Shown: positions 60,629-64,000 of the stretch, in pieces
How the letters are laid out: every line of letters begins with the position of its first letter
Numbering within the stretch: the stretch's first letter is position 1
Assembly: GCA_951406725.2 (NCBI GenBank)
Contig: OX597831.1
Span: forward strand, 32,922,001-32,986,000
Origin: Octopus vulgaris
Taxonomy: Eukaryota
Direction of reading: 5' to 3'
DNA length: 64,000 bases
The notes under the pieces: generated by a model
Database searches by the model: none
The model's input: the letters and a program-made list of their open reading frames with translations, nothing else
What the model was told of the DNA's origin: nothing
Made by a program: the position numbers and the translations under genes

Positions 60629-61311
60629 GTTATAGTGCTTAGTTCTACTGGGAAGCAATACTACTGTATTGCACTATTCAATAGCTCTTTTGAAAACTTT
60701 TTCATTGTTCTCGGGCTGTTAACAACTTGGCGTTTCAGACGAGTAATATTGGCAGTAATGTAGCGACATTTAAAATTTTGTCTAGGTGAATCTAACCGAT
60801 GAGAACTAATCAAATTTTCGTTAACGAACTTAATTTGGAAAGTTCCAAACCTAGGACCTAGATAATCCACATCTGGGTTGTACATTTATTTAATGTTCTT
60901 CTTACAGGTAAGATGAAATTTTTATTGTTCGCCACCCGCAAACAATTTTGCCAGTATATATATACAGTGAAGCTTTATTATAGCGTCGTATATTATCGAC
61001 TGCTATTTCCAGTAAATATTGGTGCATTGTTGTACCAGTATCGTATTTATATCTTACACACACACATATATATATTTACGGTTTAAATCTGCCCAGAGTT
61101 GCCTCTCTTGAGTATTTCCCATTGATAACGACTACAAACGTAGTGTCTGGGAATCCTACAGGTATAACACTGGGAAGATACGGTGTTTTTACACCTTTCA
61201 CCACAAGAGATAGTCTTTTCTGCACAGTAGCGGCAGTCAGTTGGCTTTAGAAGTTAAAATTTGTCACAAACTTATTTTAACTAACCCAAACACTGCTTGA
61301 CGCTGATACTG

Positions 61312-61356
<45 letters not shown>

Positions 61357-61415
61357 AATATTTGTTGTGCAAGATTTTTATTGGCTAAACTGGCAATATG
61401 ACCATTCCGAAATAT

Positions 61416-61453
<38 letters not shown>

Positions 61454-61640
61454 TACACACGTAGACACACATGTACGAAGAGAAAACAAAATGGATACGA
61501 CATTACAACACATTCTTGTTCTTTTTGAATGACTAACGTTAAATCTGCCGTTGACGCAATTGTTTCATTTTGAACGCACGCGGAGTCAGATTGAGAAAGC
61601 AGCTAGACACTCACAACTCCGAGATTGATACGATTGTGTG

Positions 61641-61729
<89 letters not shown>

Positions 61730-62235
61730 ACACGTGTGTCTATATGAGGATGTATGTTGTGTGGAAGTGTGATGTTAAATTTGAAATAAATAAATACGAA
61801 TGAATGCAACGCCGAAATGAGGTGTGATGATTTCGTGATATATATATATATATTTCTATTATATATATATATATATACTAAAATGTAATATATAGATTAT
61901 TTCACTCGATATAGATCTTAATTAGTGTTCGATATCATTGCACTAACATTAGTAGTAGTAGTAGTAGTAAATGTTCTTCGTTTAAGCTTTTGTCCTCTCG
62001 CTCACCTTCATCTTCTTGTCCTTTTCATCATCATCATCATCATAATTTTCTTCGTCTCCTCCTCCCCCTCTCTTCCTCCCCCTCCTCCTTCTGCTTTTCC
62101 TCCTCCTTCTCCTCCAGGTCTTCCTCCTCTTTGTCTTTATTATTTTATTAACAATGAAACTAAAGACTTCATCATTTAAATCAACACCGTGATTATTATC
62201 AAATTAATATGACGTGTACGCGTGCGTGTGTGCGT

Positions 62236-62274
<39 letters not shown>

Positions 62275-62518
62275 AGCACGATCACATGTAACTATGTTGT
62301 TGCTTCCGTTAACAGCCAAATGATTCCTACTTTACATATCTTGAACTGCCGTCCCTCTGCATGATTATATGATGTTATTCGAGGTACATGTAGCGGCCAT
62401 ATTGTGTAGAAAAAAAAAACGGTGGAAATCTCCATTTTGAGCGATTATGATTGTATGTGTGTGAATGTGTATACGTGCGTATGGATTTGGGTGCATATAT
62501 ACATATATACATATATAC

Positions 62519-62576
<58 letters not shown>

Positions 62577-62579
62577 ATC

Positions 62580-62800
62580 TTGTCGGGTCGGTACCCACGT
62601 GTTTTTTCTTAACCGTTCTTTCCTTCTTTTCCTCTTCTGTGGACTTACCTCCACTGTCCGACGAGTAGCCACGCTCGAAACGTCATTTTTTTTACTTGTA
62701 ATTTACCATGTAAACCTTTCTTCGAGCGTGAAACTAAAATTCGGCATTCATTGTTTTGGTTTTCGTTCTTGATTTCGCCGTTTGTCGCTGATTTGCCTAC
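62580..62800 (+). mobile_element. Divergent P1-like element with hammerhead-like motif (62655-62688)
   Basis: CCGACGA-GT-AGC(CAC)GCT-C-GAAA-CG-TC. Follows (TA)n. Confidence 0.45.
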
Positions 62801-63004
62801 GTATATACACGCACACATACAGGAAATCGCGTTGCAAAGACAGGCGAAGATTACGATTTATCGCGGTTTCATCTGGCAAATTATCAAAATCTTATGCACA
62901 CCATTAGAAATATTACTTTGCATGTATGTGTCTGTCTGTCTACATTGCGGCACCTTTTGTACTGTCCCCCCACACCTCATTGTAAGGGCCTACTTTAATC
63001 ATTA

Positions 63005-63312
63005 TGGAGGCGCAATGGCCCAGTGGTTAGGGCAGCGGACTCGCGGTCGGAGGATCGCAGTTTCGATTCCCAGACTGGGCGTTGTGTGTGTTTGAGCGAA
63101 AACACCTAAAAGCTCCACGAGGCTCCGGCAGGGGGTGGTAATCCCTGCTGTACTCTTTCACCACTCTTTCTCTCACTCTTTCTTCTGTTGGCCTGCTCGC
63201 TTAGCCGGCGGGGTGGCGTCGTTCGAAGGCTAAAACAATGCAAAGCGCATTGTGACCAGCGATGTGTAGCAACATCTGATGGTCTGGTCGGTTACGTGAT
63301 CCCGTGATCACA
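63005..63312 (+). mobile_element. tRNA-derived SINE family C, full length, with 10-bp TSD
   Basis: TGGCCCAGTGG A-box, GTTTCGATTCC B-box, CGTGAT-repeat tail. TTAATCATTA at 62995-63004 and 63313-63322. Confidence 0.85.
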
Positions 63313-63671
63313 TTAATCATTACGTCCAGTTCCCCCCTTCCCCAGCGCGTGTCCCACCACCAGCTATTTCCCTCCTGGCTTACCTATTTCTCTCTCATGT
63401 GCTGACTAACAAAAATGCAACAGGGACATTAATCACATCAATCTCACTAGGAAGTGCAAGGAGGCGGGGTGATGGTGGTGGTGGTTGGTAGTGAGAAGAC
63501 GATTGACATTATCCCTTCTTCTAGACTATTGGTTCTCAGCTCATTTTTTTTTTGTTTTTGCTTATGAGCCCCTTTTGATCCCTATGTTACTCAGGTGGAC
63601 CCTTATAACCATTTCATATTAAAAAATTTTAAAGATGTTTATGTAATTAAATATTGTTAGGGATTCTGTTA

Positions 63672-64000
63672 GTCTTTTATTTGTTTCAGTCATTTGACTG
63701 CGGCCAAGCTGGAGCACCTCCTTTAGTCGAACAAATTGATCCCTGGACTTATTATTTGTAAGTCTATTCTATCGACCTCTTTTGTCTTTTGCCGAACCCC
63801 TAAACTAAGAGACATAAACATACCAACATCGGTTGTCAGGCGATGCTGGGGGACAAACACAGACACACAAACATACACCCCCCCCACACATACATATATA
63901 TATATACATTTATGTATATGTATATATATATATATATGTATATGTATATATACGACTGGCTTATTTCAGTTTTCGTCTACCAAATCTACTCACAAAGCTT
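63672..64000 (-). mobile_element. SINE family A, runs off the window end
   Basis: Reverse complement of the tail and middle. Confidence 0.85.

Noticed and set aside
63006-63080. tRNA gene (also 26374-26446 and about 46820-46890)
   Set aside because: Cloverleaf is incomplete and continues into a SINE body; the 63005 copy has a TSD. Treated as SINE heads.

Overview
Eukaryotic, AT-rich, microsatellite-saturated DNA. The SINE repertoire and repeat landscape strongly suggest an octopus (coleoid cephalopod) genome, probably intronic or intergenic; this is inferred from recognised repeats, not from a search. Almost all ORFs in the supplied track are translations of (TA)n, (CA)n, (TACA)n, (ATT)n or (CTT)n and are not genes. 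No intact protein-coding gene is supported. Recognisable content: (1) many copies of several tRNA-derived SINE families; (2) decayed retrotransposon coding remnants, namely an RTE C-terminus, an L1/Tx1 zinc-knuckle C-terminus, an R4/Dong-like restriction-like endonuclease sitting in (CATA)n, and a ~2.4 kb Penelope-like (Naiad-type) RT plus GIY-YIG ORF; (3) DNA-transposon relics, namely mariner MITEs, a hAT-like MITE and a non-autonomous Helitron; (4) several fold-back structures, including a perfect 160-bp palindrome. The most notable signal is more than a dozen type I hammerhead-ribozyme-like motifs. They are carried by several short non-coding element families nested in (TA)n arrays, some with recurrent non-canonical cores (CUGUNGA, CCGACGA) and palindromic stem III sequences that would need dimerisation. 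A few weak splice-signal candidates hint at a long host transcript but are unproven. Most coordinates are approximate to a few bases.
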